Source: Leucoraja erinacea
Taxonomy: Eukaryota
Reading direction: 5' to 3'
Assembly (NCBI RefSeq): GCF_028641065.1
Contig: NC_073409.1
Location: forward strand, 11,346,001 to 11,410,000
Length of the DNA stretch: 64,000 bases
Part shown: one piece after another, positions 1 through 12,805 of the stretch
Layout: the number at the start of each line of letters is the position of its first letter
Numbering within the stretch: the first letter of the stretch is position 1
The notes under the pieces: model-generated
Databases searched by the model: none
Seen by the model: the letters and a program-made list of their open reading frames with translations, nothing else
Told to the model about the DNA's origin: nothing
Translations under genes and position numbers: made by a program

Positions 1-52
1 AGGGAGAGGAGTGATTTCACATCAATGGGAAACCAAGTAATTGCCAACATAC

Positions 53-191
53 CTGATGCCTTTGATGTAGTAACCAAGCCAGTTAAATTGACCACTCCTC
101 CCGGACCAATAATGAATTGTGGTGCAGCGCTGTGAACTGTGATTGTATCAGAGCAATCTGTGTTTGTGTTGATCTGGTTCTCCATTGCCCT
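53..191 (-). CDS. GABPB1: GABPB1 coding exon 4 (139 bp)
   Basis: ctacag|AGG GCA ATG GAG AAC CAG ... GCA TCA G|gtatgt; [46 protein letters not shown]. Confidence 0.9.
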
Positions 192-1047
192 CTGTAGAAT
201 AAGATAGAACACATAAAACATTGGGCATTCCTTAATGAAGCTTCATATTGTTAGAAGGGATCTATCCTTAATAAATAAACTGTTATTAAACTATTCAGTC
301 CAATCTTTGTTGGATTAGACGCCATTAAAAGCAACGCAAGAAATTGCTGAGAGTTGTCCAGTCCACCATACAAACCAGCCACCCCCATCAACTCCATCTA
401 CACTTCACTTCTCTGCCATGGGAAAGCAGCACATGATCAAGGACCATTTACACCATGATAATTCCTTCATCTCCCAATGGGCAGAAGATACGACAGGTTA
501 AAAGCACATACTACCAGATTTAGGTACACCTCCTTCCTCCAGAACAGACCTCTCAGAAGCTGTGTGTAGTCCTGATCTCCCAACTTACCTTGATGCACTT
601 TTATTTAGTCTGCATTTTCTCTGTAACCGTATCACTAAAACACTATATTCTGCGCTCTGGTACTTTTCTCTTTGCACTAACTGTTGTACTTGTGTCTGGC
701 TTGATTGTATTTGTATATAGCATGAATTGATTAAATAACAAGAAAACAAATGTTTTCACTGTACCTTGGTACAGGTGACACAAATAAACCAAAACCAACA
801 TCAATAGCTGGAGTGGCAGGTAAACAGGTGCACTTATTAACTGTGACTCCTGGGTATTTCATATAAAGGCTAGTCAGTAATTCTATGGAGGGCAGCAATG
901 TAAAGATACAAATTTATTTTTGCTTCAAAAGGAACAATTAAAAGCTACATATGCAGAGTTGGACACAGTCTAAGATCTCACCACAGAACAACACATTTTT
1001 AGATTCCATAAAAATGAGCTACCAGTTGAACACAAATGATAGCTCAT

Positions 1048-1336
1048 AGATAGACACAAAAAGCTAGGGTAACTCAGCTGGACAGGCAGCATCTCTGGAG
1101 AAAAGGAATGGGTGATGTTTCGGGTCAGTGACCCTCCTTACGACTAGTTAGGGAAAAGGGAAACGAGAGATATAGACAATGATGTAGACAAAGGCAACGA
1201 ATAAAAGATATGCAAAAGGGTAACCCGAAACATCACCCATTGCTTCTCTCTAGAGATGCTGCCTGGCCCGGTGAGTTACTCCAGCTTTTTGTGTCTATCT
1301 TTAGTTTAAACCAGCATCTTCAGTTCCTTCCTACAT
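1048..1336. mobile_element. Penelope pLTR-derived fold-back element with 14-bp target-site duplication
   Basis: Inverted arms (gacacaaaaagct...gtttcgggt / acccgaaac...agctttttgtgtc); TSD AAATGATAGCTCAT at 1034-1047 and 1337-1350. Confidence 0.75.
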
Positions 1337-1419
1337 AAATGATAGCTCATTGTACCCATTAATAGTAAATACTTTATTTACAAAGTTATTTTTCATAGTG
1401 CACCATAAGCTTTCTAGTG

Positions 1420-3342
1420 TATGCAGTCCAACAAACACCTTCCGAGTGTTTCCTAACCAGAAGCCTTGGATGAACCATGAGATACGCATTCTTCTGAAGT
1501 CCAGATCCCGGGCATTCAGGTCTGGTGATGCAGAGGTTTATAAGAAGTCCAGATACGACCTTGGTAAGGCCATCAAAAAAGGCCAAAAGGGACCTGCTCT
1601 AAGCTGGAGGATGAGACGGATGTTCGGCAACTGTGGCAAGCTTGAATACCATCATCCCCTACAATGCGAAATCAGGAGGTGGCTCAATCGACAGCGAAGC
1701 ATCACTTCCTGATGAGCTCAATGCATTCTACGCACGGTTCGATAGGGAGAACACTGATGTACCTTCCCGAGCCCCTTTTCGCCCTGACGGTGTTACAGTC
1801 ATAGACACAGAGGCCGAGGTCAGAAGATCCTTCAGGGGGATGAACCCTTGGAAAGCGCCTGGACCTGATGGTATACCCGGTTGAGTTCTCAAGACCTGTG
1901 CAGACCAACTGGCGGGAGTTTTTGCAGACATTTTCAACCTCTCACTTCTGAGGTCTGAGTTTTTCCACCTGCTTTAAGAGGGCATCAACAGTACCGGTGC
2001 CCAAGAAGAGTAAGGTGACGTGTCTCAATGACTATCGACCAGTGGCACTAACGTCTGTGGTGATGAAGTGCTTTGAGAGGTTGGCTATGGTGCACATCAA
2101 CTCCTACCTCGACAAGAACCTCGACCAACTAGTTTGCATTCCGCCACAACAGGTAGATGCAATTTCACTGGCTCTCCACTTCGCACTGGACCACTTGGAC
2201 AATAAAAACACCTACGTCAGGCTGTTGTTTATAGACTACAGCTTGGCGTTTAATACCATCATCTCTTCCAAGCTGGTTACTAAGCTCACGGAACTGGGCC
2301 TCTGCGCATCCCTCTGCAATTAGATCCTCGACTGCCTCATCAACAGACCAGTCTGTTCGAATTGGAGGAACCACTTCATCCTCAGTAACAATTAGTACGA
2401 GAGTACCTCAAGGCTGCGTGCTCAGCCACCTGCTTTACTCACTCTACTCATGACTGCGTAGCCGGTCATAGTGCGAACTCCATCATCAAGTTGGAAGAAT
2501 CACAGATGGGGACGAGTCAGAGTATAGAAGTGAGATTCACCGACTGACCAAATGGTGCCAGCACAACAACCTAGCTCTCAACATCAGTAAGACCAAGGAA
2601 CTGATTGTGGACTTTGGTAGGGGAAGGATGAGGGCCACAATCCTGTTTATATCAACGGGACGATGGTGGAGAGGGTCAATAAATTCAAATTCCTGGGTGT
2701 GCATATATCAGAAGATCTTTCCTGGACCCAGCATACCGATGAAGTTGTAAAGAAGGCACATCAGCGACTCTACTTCCTGAGATGATTACGGAGATTCGGC
2801 ATATCGAAGAGGATTCTCCTAAACATCTACAGGTTCATGGTAGAGAGCATACTGACAGGTTGCATCGTGGCCTGATTCGGCAACTTGAACGTCCAGGAGT
2901 GTAAAAGACTACAAAAAGTTGTGGCCACTGCCCAGTCCATCACCGGCATTGATCTCCCCACCGTCGAAGGGATCTATCGTAGTCGCTGCCTCAAAAAGAC
3001 AGCCAAAATCATCAAGGACCCACACCATCCTGGCCACACACTTATCTCACCACTGCCATCAGGAAGAAGGTACAGGAGCCTGAAGATTGTAACGTCCAGG
3101 TTATGGAAGTTTCTTCCCCACAGCCATCAGGCTATTAAACACAACGAGTAAGCTATGAGCTCCGAACTGCAAAAGACTATATTATTATTTGTTATTTGCA
3201 CTATATTTGGTATTTATTGAACTTTTTCTTTTTTTTTCCCCGTTATATACAATGTTTACATATTCACATGTTCTGTTGTGCTGCAGCAAGTAAAAACTTC
3301 ATTGTCCCGTCTGGGACATATGACAATAAAACACTCTTGACT
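1420..3342 (+). mobile_element. 5'-truncated, degenerate Rex1/Babar-clade LINE (reverse transcriptase)
   Basis: Fragmented ORFs [58 protein letters not shown] with stops and frameshifts; 3' end gacaataaaacactcttgact. Confidence 0.85.
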
Positions 3343-3992
3343 TCTGTGGCTTGTAAACATGATTTACCTTTCATAAAACTATGTTGACAGTTTAATTACA
3401 TTATGCTTCTCAAGGCGACGAGTCATTTCTTTCTTGATTATAGACTCCAGCATTTTGCCAATAGAAATTAGGTGAAAAGACCAATCGTTCTTTATTTTTA
3501 TATTCCTCCCTTCCTAGACAAAGTAAACACATTTGTAGTTTTCTTGTCTGCTGGTATCTCACGAGAACTCGACGCGTTTTGAAAAACTTCAAGCAAAGGC
3601 TCCAGTATTTCTACAACCACTTCTTTAAAAGGGTTAGAGAATAGCACAGCAATTGGGGAAATTCTATGCATACTTTTGGCTTCCATAACAATAGATGGAT
3701 ATTGTTGCCCATGATTACTTCATGTAAAATTCCCTGTGAAAAGTATTTCAACATAAGCATGTCAGAATGCATGAGAGAATAATCCACTTTCTGAAGGGGA
3801 ATTGGCAAATAGAAATAGTTCATTAACTACCAAAGCCAAAAACTTCTGGCAGGTTCCTTTCAATTACTTTTGCAATTTTATTTCTCTGCAATTAACCATT
3901 AATTTGCTACAGTTCCCCTGTATAATGTGATGCTTATGTCTATAATCCATCTTAATCATAATCTGGAGCCTCGATTGTATTAAATCAATTAC

Positions 3993-4187
3993 CTGAAGCA
4001 TTAACATTAATTCTTCATCGCCATTATCCACTGCAATATCAAAAGCTGTTTTGCAGAATTTACTTGGTGTGTGAACATCAGCTCCATATTTTATCAAGAG
4101 TTCAACCACGTCTTGGTGACCGTGCTCCACAGCCCAGTGAAGTGCTGTCATCTTAAGCATATCCTTTGCGTTTATGTCAGCTCCATT
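3993..4187 (-). CDS. GABPB1: GABPB1 coding exon 3 (195 bp, ankyrin repeats)
   Basis: ttttgacag|AAT GGA GCT ... CTT CAG|gtaatt; [65 protein letters not shown]. Confidence 0.95.
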
Positions 4188-4516
4188 CTGTCAAAAGTAA
4201 AGAGAATGTGTAGGTGGCATTATCACTTTTATTAAATTAATTATCTGATATTATAAACATTATCCACAGGAATATCGAAAGCTATTTTGCAAACATTGTA
4301 ATAAAATGTGAACAGAGGGAAAGTAAGGGTATGCATTTTAAAAGAAAATTATTCTGATGTTCATACAAATACTCTGAGCACAAGAACATTACTATGTCTG
4401 AAATAGAGTGCTGATATGTTTTGATTTAAATCAACATTAGACTTTAACATTCCTCTTTTAATTTGCAATAGTTTTATGGATCAGAAGGAGGTATAGAGGG
4501 ATATGGGCCAAATGTG

Positions 4517-5942
4517 CAGGCATGAGACAGGAAAAAAATGAAAAAAGAGGAAGAGAGATGGGGATTTAGGAGTTCCAAGTCCACCCCCTTTATGCAGAAC
4601 ATTTTTGATAATTATGCCTTGAAATGACAGTTTTCTTGCCTGTTTACCCTTAATTTAGACTTGATTTTTTAAATTGTACCTTAAAATAACACATTTTCCT
4701 TGCTTGTCACTTCTTAATTTACACAGAAAATGTGTGATAATCATACCTTAAAATGACACCAACTCCTTGCTTGTTTACACTTAAGTCATATTGAAAATAT
4801 TTTATATTACACGTACACCTACACTTGTAACATATTGTTCCTTACTTGTTTATTCTAATTAGAGAGTATTCTTTACACTGGAAATGTTTTATAACTTTTT
4901 GATAATTATACCTTGAAATGACCCCATTTCCTTGCTTGTTTACCCTTAATTTATACTGTAATTATTTTTTAAATTATACCTTACAATAACACATTTTACC
5001 TGATTGAATCAGGTAAAAAAACAAAAAAGAATATTGTAGTTTCTATGACATACAGACTCTTGAATGCTTTTGTTTTACAAATGAAACAGTTCTCACATTT
5101 TAACAATGTAATCGCTACTCTACATGTGCGGAGCTGAGCGCTAGCCATAGAGATGCGCATGCAAAGACGGTCGGCCCGGTAAAATCGATTCCGCAAATTT
5201 CCACGCACTCAACCATTGGCACAGCAGCTCACACTCCATTTATAGCGGAGATTTAGACCGATTTTTTTAAACTGTATTTCGAAATCCACGGATCCGCGGA
5301 GAAAACTCATGCCTGCCTACCTCCACTCACCTTCTCTCCCTCCCCTGTCCCACCTCCACTCACCCTCCCTCTCCCACTCTCACTCCCCCTACTCTCAACT
5401 CCCCCCCTCTCCTACCTCCATTCCCCCTCCCTCCCACCTCCTTTCTCTCCCTGCACTCACCCTCTCCTCGCCTACCACACCCACTCTCCCTCCCATCTCT
5501 CCTACCTCCACTCTCCCTCTCTCCTACATCCACTCACCCTCCCTCCCTGTCCCCTCTCCTACCTCCACTGACCCTCCCTCCCCCTCTACCTCACACACCC
5601 CTCCTTCCCCTCCCACCCACCCCACTTAATGCCTCCACTTACCCCCCCTCCCACTCTCCCCCCTGCTACCCACTCTCCCCCTCCCCCCTCTCCTTCCTAC
5701 CTCTCTCCCTCCCTCCCTCTCCCACCTCCATTCACCCCTCCCCTATCTCCACTCACCCTCCCTCTCTCCCCTCTTCTACCTTTGCACATGCGAAGACGGT
5801 CAGCCCGCACCGCGTACAAGCTTTCCGCTAAAATCGACACACTTTCCGCTAATAGCCATTTATATTGGAGATTTAAGCATTGTTTTTTTTTTTAAATCGT
5901 ATTTCAAAATTCGCAGAAATTCGCGGATCAATCTCATGCCTG
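4517..5942. mobile_element. non-autonomous TIR element (hAT-like CAGG termini) with internal AT-rich degenerate tandem units, a C-rich tract and a duplicated right end
   Basis: CAGGCATGAGA at 4517 against TCTCATGCCTG ending 5942; a second CTCATGCCTG at about 5306-5315; no clear TSD. Confidence 0.45.
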
Positions 5943-6229
5943 AATAGTGCCTGACAGCCTGGTCACCACATATGTATTCTCAGAGCCTACACCATCTCCA
6001 GGACATTCACCATGTTCTTTGTTTAATAACCCAGTAAACCTTTATCATCAAGGCCTTGAGAAAGTTTTAGATTAACATTGCATCTGAAATGCTTAATAAC
6101 GTTCCCTCGGTACTGCACTGAGACAGTCATCCAAAAGTATCTGATGTCGGCTCTGTAATAGAAATTGAACCCACAACTGCAAGTATGATCCATGGTTGAC
6201 ATAGAATGATAGAATTTGTCCAACCATAC

Positions 6230-6397
6230 CTTCACTAGTACCTCCACAATGTTTGCATGACCTGCTGATGCTGCCATATGCAGTGGTGTTCTGTCCACTT
6301 TGGTTCTTGCATCCCGACTCACTCCTGCGCGAAGCAGCACTTCTGCTGTTGAATAATGACCATATTGAGCTGCTAGATGAAGGGGTGATGTTCCAAG
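6230..6397 (-). CDS. GABPB1: GABPB1 coding exon 2 (168 bp, ankyrin repeats)
   Basis: attacag|CTT GGA ACA ... GTG AAG|gtatgg; [56 protein letters not shown]. Confidence 0.95.
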
Positions 6398-6911
6398 CTG
6401 TAATATTGGTAAATAGAAATTAACATAAGAATGGCAGTTATAGGAAAGCAAAAGAAAAAAATGAAAATCTGAAATTAAAAAATTGCAGGCAGCAATTGTG
6501 AAGAAAGAAATTAATGTTTATGTTAATATCCTTTTGTAGTTGGAGTTATCTAATCTGAAACCTTTAGTTTAACATTCATAGAATTATAAGTTGTACACCA
6601 CTGAAAAGGGCATTTAGGCCCTCAATGTCCATGACAAATATTTGTCCATCTAACCAATCATGTTAGCCTGCATTAAATGTATATCCTTCTATGCCTTGCC
6701 TATTTAAGTGTTTGTCTAAATGTCTCTTAACTGTAGGGATTGTTTCTGATTCCAAATGCCAGAACCCAACCACTCTCTGTGTAAAAAAAAAACTTTCCCT
6801 TCAAAATCATTCCTCTCACCTTAAACCTATGCCTCTTGTTTTTGATATCTTACCATGGGGTAAAGATTATGACTATCTACCCAGCTATCATGTGCCTCTT
6901 ATGACTCTGCC

Positions 6912-7755
6912 TTTTTTTTAATTTTTTTTTTTTAATTTCAAAATAGACTTTATTCATTGATAAATATATACAATTCCTGAACCATTCAAACAAACAAATT
7001 CATCCGACATTTTCGGAGACTATACAAGTTTTTTCAGTACAATTTTTTTACATTTTTCAAATTTCACCAAACAGTCCCCCACCCGTGCCACTCTGTGGCC
7101 CCTGTCCAAGTAATAAATATATACAGTGTTTACAGTGCGAAAATTCCATTTGACATTTTCACTTCCACAAATAATGTCCCCCACCCGTGCCACTCATGTG
7201 GCCCCCTGGCGTGGGATACCTTCCCTTAATTTAATTTGAGGGGCGTCTCCACCATACCGTGCCCCCTATGTCCAGCAGCGGAAGGACCCTAGACTGTGGC
7301 CCTCCCCCACCGAGCCTTGGCGTTGGCTGCACCAAGCTTCAGCGAGTCCCTTAGCACGTACTCCTGCAGTCTGCAGTGGGCCAGTCGGCAACATTCCCTG
7401 ACGGACATCTCGCTCTGCTGGGTGGTGAGCAACGCTCGGGCAGACCAAAGAGCGTCTTTGACCGAGTTGATGACCCTCCAGCAGCACTCGATGTCAGTCT
7501 CTGAATGTGTCCCTGGGAACAGTCCGTAAATCACAGAGTCCTCTGTGACGGAGCTGTTCGGGACAAATCGTTCCAGGGACCCCTGCATACCTCTCCAGAC
7601 TCTTTTTGCAAACCCACACTCTGCAAAGAGGTGGGCAACCGTCTCCTCTCCACCGCAACCGTCCCGGGGGCAGCGTGCGCTGGTAGTGAGGTTCCGACGG
7701 TGCAGGAAGGATCTAACTGAGAGGGCTCCCCTCACCGCCAGCCAAGCCAGGTCTT
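6912..7755 (-). mobile_element. Tx1/L1-clade LINE 3' fragment with poly(A) tail, inserted in a CR1 remnant
   Basis: ORF 7735-7289 has a C-terminal zinc knuckle CPRDGCGGEETVAHLFAEC...VW; poly-T tract on + at about 6912-6935; 3'UTR segment duplicated. Confidence 0.75.
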
Positions 7756-7979
7756 TGCCTGTTTATACCTCTATTGAAATTACTCCTCAACATCCTTTGC
7801 TCCAAGGAAAGCAAGGCTGGCCTATCCAATTCCTTAACTCCTTTGATCCAGACTGCATTCTAACGCATTTCCTCCGTACTCTCTTCAGCACAACTATGTT
7901 CCTTTCTCTCCGAATGCTGACAGAATTACTAAGTATTTCCATCATTCACATTTTATTTTATAACAGAGCAGTGGCTTTG

Positions 7980-8760
7980 TAGCTAAGTTTGCCGTTGATA
8001 CTAAGGTAGGTGCGGGGGAAAGTAGTGTAGAGGAAGCAGGGAGTCTGTAAGAAGGATGTGGACAGGTCGGAAGAGTGGGCAAAGAAGTGGCAGATGGAAT
8101 TCAGCAAAGCAAAATGTGCTGTCATGCACTTTCGTAGTAGGAATAAAGGCAAAGACTATTTTCTAAATGGAGACTTGACTTGACTTGATTCAGATATCGG
8201 ACATGCAAAGGGTGTTGGCAGTGCTGGTACAGTATTTCCAAATGATTAATTTGCCGGTAGTGAGGAAGATAAATGCAATGCTAGCATTCATTTTGAGAAA
8301 ATTAGAATATGAAAGCAGAGAGGCTCTAGAAGGTAATGGTCAGATCACATTTGGAGTATTGTGAGCAGTTCTTGAGCCCTACATCTGAGGAGGTATGTGT
8401 TAGAGTTGGATAGGGTCCAGAGGAGGTTTATGAGAATGATCCCGGGGATGATTGGTTAACTTAGGATGAGCGTTTGACAGCTCAGGGCCTATATTTGCTG
8501 GAGTTTAGGATGAGAGGGTTCACATTGAAGCTTACCAAATAATGAAAGGCCTAGATGGAGTGGATGTGGAGAGAATGTTTTCACTAGTGGGAGAGTCTAG
8601 GATCAGAGGGCACAGTCTTAGAATAAAACGATGTACCTTTAGAAAGATGATGATGAGGAATTTCTTTAGTCACAGGGCGGTGAATATGTGGAATTCATTG
8701 CCACAGATAGTTGTGAAGGCCAAGTCTCTGGGTATTTTTAAAGCAGAGATTGACAGGTTC
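7980..8760 (+). mobile_element. CR1/HER1-type LINE 3' fragment
   Basis: KFAxDTKVG motif; RGHSLRI...FFSHRAVNMWNSLP 3' ORF2 signature. Confidence 0.8.
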
Positions 8761-9025
8761 TCCTTCTCAGACATGAGCTCCCAACAGCTCTACCCATAAC
8801 TGATACATTCAACACTTATGGGGTGTAAATTAGGCTTATATTTACTCAATTCCCAACGGCTGAAGACTATAGCTAACTTCAGAATGTACCGAATCACAAC
8901 TCTACTTCGGCGCACATAAGCATTTGCTGTCCACTACCACAAGTTTATTTCTTTATCTTACACACTAGTTCCTTGCTGTCCCACAGTTCAGAATTAATTC
9001 TGTCAGACTATGGCCATTTATATCA

Positions 9026-9202
<177 letters not shown>

Positions 9203-9399
9203 CTAGTCAAAAGGTAGATAAACACTATTGAATAATTTGTTCAACCATACCGAGGTAATCATTTATTGTGGCATAACCGTTGAGGAAAATCATGGACTTG
9301 CAGAAAAACAAGAAAATGAAAATTTCAATTTGTGCACAATTCATTTATTTCCACAAATTATCAGAGTTTGAAGTGTCCTTTGCAAAATGATATTGACAG

Positions 9400-10545
9400 G
9401 AATCATTTTCCAATGTTCTCTCGACTCTGGATCAGTTCCTGAAGACTAGAGGAGAGTCAATGTAACCCCACTTTTTAAGAAAGGAGGGAGAGAAAAAAAA
9501 ATGGGGAATTATAAACCGGTTAGCCTTACATCGGTGGCGGGGAAGATGCTTGAGACGATTGTTAAGGATGTTATAGCAGCGCATTTGGAAAGCAGTGGCA
9601 GGATCGGTCAAAGTCAGCATGGATTTATGAAGGGGAAATCATGCTTGATTAATCTTCTGGAATTTTTTGAGGATGTATTAAGTAGAATGGATAAGGGAGA
9701 GCCAGTGGATGTGGTGTATCTGGACTTTGAAAAACGCCTTTGACGAGGTCCCACACAAGAGATTAGTGAACAGAATTAGAACACATGAAATTGAGGGTAG
9801 GGTATTAACATGGATTCTCCGTGGATTGTCACCTTGTTGTGGTGGAGAAGCTTATGTGGTCCTGAGATCCTGCGATGCTGTCTGGAGCTATACTCCTGGT
9901 AGGGCCATCCATGGTGGTACGGTTGAGGGGGAGGTCTGACAAAGAGCAATCCAACCAAGACCTCAACAGTGGAACAGGTGGAGGATGATGGCTGACTTTA
10001 GTAGACAGTCACAACGTCTGGGAATGCGGATGAAGACTGCAGCCGGTCGTCTTGGATTCCATGCCACTGGATTCTGACCCAGATCTGTCAAGGACCGTGT
10101 GGTAGCTGTCTGGCATCCGCCATGAGAGGACATTCATACTTGTTTCGAGTGACTGCCGATGATTGACATGGATAGAGAACTGCAAAGAGTAGGAATTAAC
10201 GGGCCTTTTCAGAATGGCAGGCAATGACTAGTGGGGTGCTACAAGGCTCTGTGCTGCGACCCCAGCTTAGATGAGGGAATTAAATACGGCATCTCCAACT
10301 TTGCGGATGACACAAAGCTGGGTGGCAGTGTGAGCTGCGATGAGGATGTTATGAGGCTGCAGGGTGACTTGGATAGGTTGGGTGTGAGGGCCAATGCATG
10401 GCAGATGCAGTATAATGTGAGGTTATCCACTTTGGTGGCAAGAACAGGTAGGCAGTTTATTATCTGAGGATTTTCAGATAATAAGAGGATTTGAGTTTAG
10501 GAGCAAGGAGGTCCTACTGCAGTTATGGAGGGTCCTGGTGAGGCA
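9400..10545 (+). mobile_element. CR1/HER1-type LINE RT fragment interrupted by an RTE-like insert
   Basis: GNYKPVSLTSVAGKMLE...QHGFMKGKSCLINLLEFFE...VDVVYLDF, SNFADDTKLGG. Confidence 0.8.
9816..10165 (+). mobile_element. short RTE-related non-autonomous retroposon with 8-bp TSD
   Basis: Starts with RTE 5'UTR-like caccttgttgtggtggagaagctt...; flanked by ACATGGAT (9808-9815 and 10166-10173); splits the CR1 sequence. Confidence 0.55.
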
Positions 10546-10760
10546 ATTGTGTTGTCTAGTTTGTACGTTCTACCTGTGACCGCGCGGATTTCCTCTGGGT
10601 GCTCCAGTTTCCTCCCACACGCCAAAGACATGCAGGTTTGAAGGTTAATTGGCTTCTGCAATATTACATAGTGTGTAGGATAGTGCTAGTGTGTGGGATG
10701 TTCGCTGGTCGGTGCGGTCTCGGTGGGCCAAAGGGCCTGTTTCCACGCTGTATCTCTAAA
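10546..10760 (+). mobile_element. HE1/V-SINE-like SINE fragment
   Basis: V-domain-like core gtttgtacgttct...gggtgctccagtttcctcccaca and a CR1-like tail gggccaaagggcctgtttcc. Confidence 0.7.
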
Positions 10761-10792
10761 GATACGATTGTCATTCTTTTCAGTGAAATTAT

Positions 10793-11528
10793 AGGGAGGT
10801 TTCACGGCAGTCGGGTCACGACCCATGACCCGTACTGTTGCTACGCTACTCCAAATGGAGTACACGCGATGAACTGAAGATAGGCACTTACCATTGTTTC
10901 CAGTGTAGCGGGCCCGTTAAAACACGCTGAAATTGTCAATTTTTGCGCTGTAAATAATTATGGAAATCGGGATAAGCGTGTGAGACATTTAACCTACTTC
11001 AGAATTCCGAAAGTGAGAAGAAATTTGGCTGTAGATTTTTTAAATCGCCCATGGTTCCCAAGTGGGTTTTTATATACAAAATGAAAACGCATCTGAAGAA
11101 AAATTTACAGCCAGATTTATCACTTCTGAGATACCAAAGGAATCAAGAAAAAACACAAATAAGGCCTTACTTGATGAAATGCAGTGAGCAAACGCAATAA
11201 TTTCCAATATTTTAAATTCCGATATCTGCACGGCCAATGTTTACCAAGCACTTTAGCTGTTGTTGTCCCTTCAGTTCTCGCTTGTCTATACCTTCATTTT
11301 GCTTCAATTTTGGAATTCTAAAGTTGGGTACATGTCTCTCACACTTACCCCGACTCCCACAATTTTTTCAGTGCAAAAATTCAACATTTTGCCGGTTTTT
11401 AACAGGTAGGAAAGTACGCGTTTCTTGTATTAATAACATATACCGGAAGTGACGGATGTCTTCCAGATGGATTGAGCGGCTCCGTGCATCAAGCCCTATG
11501 ACCCAGTGACCTTACGTGCAACCCCCCT
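10793..11528. mobile_element. ISL2EU/PHIS-like non-autonomous DNA transposon with THAP remnants
   Basis: TIRs AGGGAGGTTTCACG / CGTGCAACCCCCCT, AT dinucleotide on both flanks, degenerate THAP N-termini on both strands. Confidence 0.65.
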
Positions 11529-11924
11529 ATACATTTATTGTAATGTGATTATTAGAACTGTGGAGTTCTCAAGATGTGGTCTAACTGGTATTGTATAGAT
11601 TTATAGTATAACTCCCTAGTTCTAGTGCACTGCCTTGATTAATTGAGGATAGCATCCTTCATGGCTTTTTTAACCACCTAAATGAATTGTGCTGCTATAC
11701 ATAATGATCAGTGTATCCACTGGTTTCCTGAAATGCAGGTGCTAATGGAATCAGTGCTGAAGGAGGTCATTGCAACATTGTGTAGAGAGGAAAAGACACA
11801 AAGTGCTGCAGTAACTCAGCAGATCAGGCAGCATTTCTGGCCCACTGAATTGCTCCAGCACTGTCTTTTTTGGTAAACCAGCATCTGCAATTCCTTGTTT
11901 CTACAGAGAGAGATGGATTACTGA

Positions 11925-12383
11925 AGGCCTTTCCCACTAGGGCGACCTAATCCGCGAGTTCTGGTGAGTTTCCCCTCGACTCATACTTGCAGCATGGTCG
12001 GCTCGAGAGTGGTCTCCGCTTACTCGAGGCCTCAGCTAGGTCGCAGAGTTTTTTTTTCCAATATGTTAAAAAAATGCCAGCGAGTAAAAAAAGGTCGCCA
12101 TGGAAAAAATCGATACTTTTTTTTACTCGTAGGTTTAGTCGTAGTAGATCATAGTAGGTCGGCATGTTAGTCGAATATAGTCTTCATCATAGTCAAAAGG
12201 AGGTCAAAGGAGATTGAAGGAGGTCCTCTTCACTCTCCACTATTTTCCAATTTTCCCGAAGTTAGTTGTAGCTAGTCTTCAACATAGTCGAAGGAGGTAC
12301 ATAGTCGAAGGAGGTCTTCAACATGTCATTTTTTTAAACTCTTCTAAACTCACCAATTAGGTCGCCCAAGTGGGACAGCTCCT
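11925..12383. mobile_element. PIF/Harbinger-like MITE with 3-bp TSD (TGA)
   Basis: TIRs aggcctttcccactagggcgacctaat / attaggtcgcccaagtgggacagctcct; TGA on both flanks; internal atagtcgaaggagg repeats. Confidence 0.65.
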
Positions 12384-12631
12384 TGACAGTGCTGCTGTCA
12401 GACCATGGCCTGTGCTAGGAACTGGGGCAGATCCTGCAATAAATTACCCTTTAGTAGGTGCGGAGAGGCTGCCTGGGAAAACAGGCTGGGACAAGGCAAT
12501 GCATTCACTTTGCGGTAAGGTGTGGAGCTTGGTGCTGCATATTCATCAGCAAGGCAAGTGCCGGTTGTTGCTGGGACTTGGCAATGGCTGCTGCCTAGGT
12601 GGACTGAGTAGCCGGACCCTAACATCTCCCT

Positions 12632-12805
12632 GTTTAAGAAAGAACTGCAGATGCTGGTAAAATCGAAGGCGAGCACAAAATGTTGGAGAAACTCAGCAGA
12701 TGAGGTAGCATCTATGGAGCGAAGGAATTGGCAACATTTCCAATTCCTTCTGTCCATAGATGCTGCCTCACCCACTGAGTTTCTCCAGCATTTTGCGTCT
12801 ACCCA
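12632..12805. mobile_element. Penelope pLTR-derived fold-back element
   Basis: aagaactgcagatgctgg...gcatctatggagcgaaggaattgg / ccaattccttctgtccatagatgctg...ccagcatttt hairpin. Confidence 0.65.
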
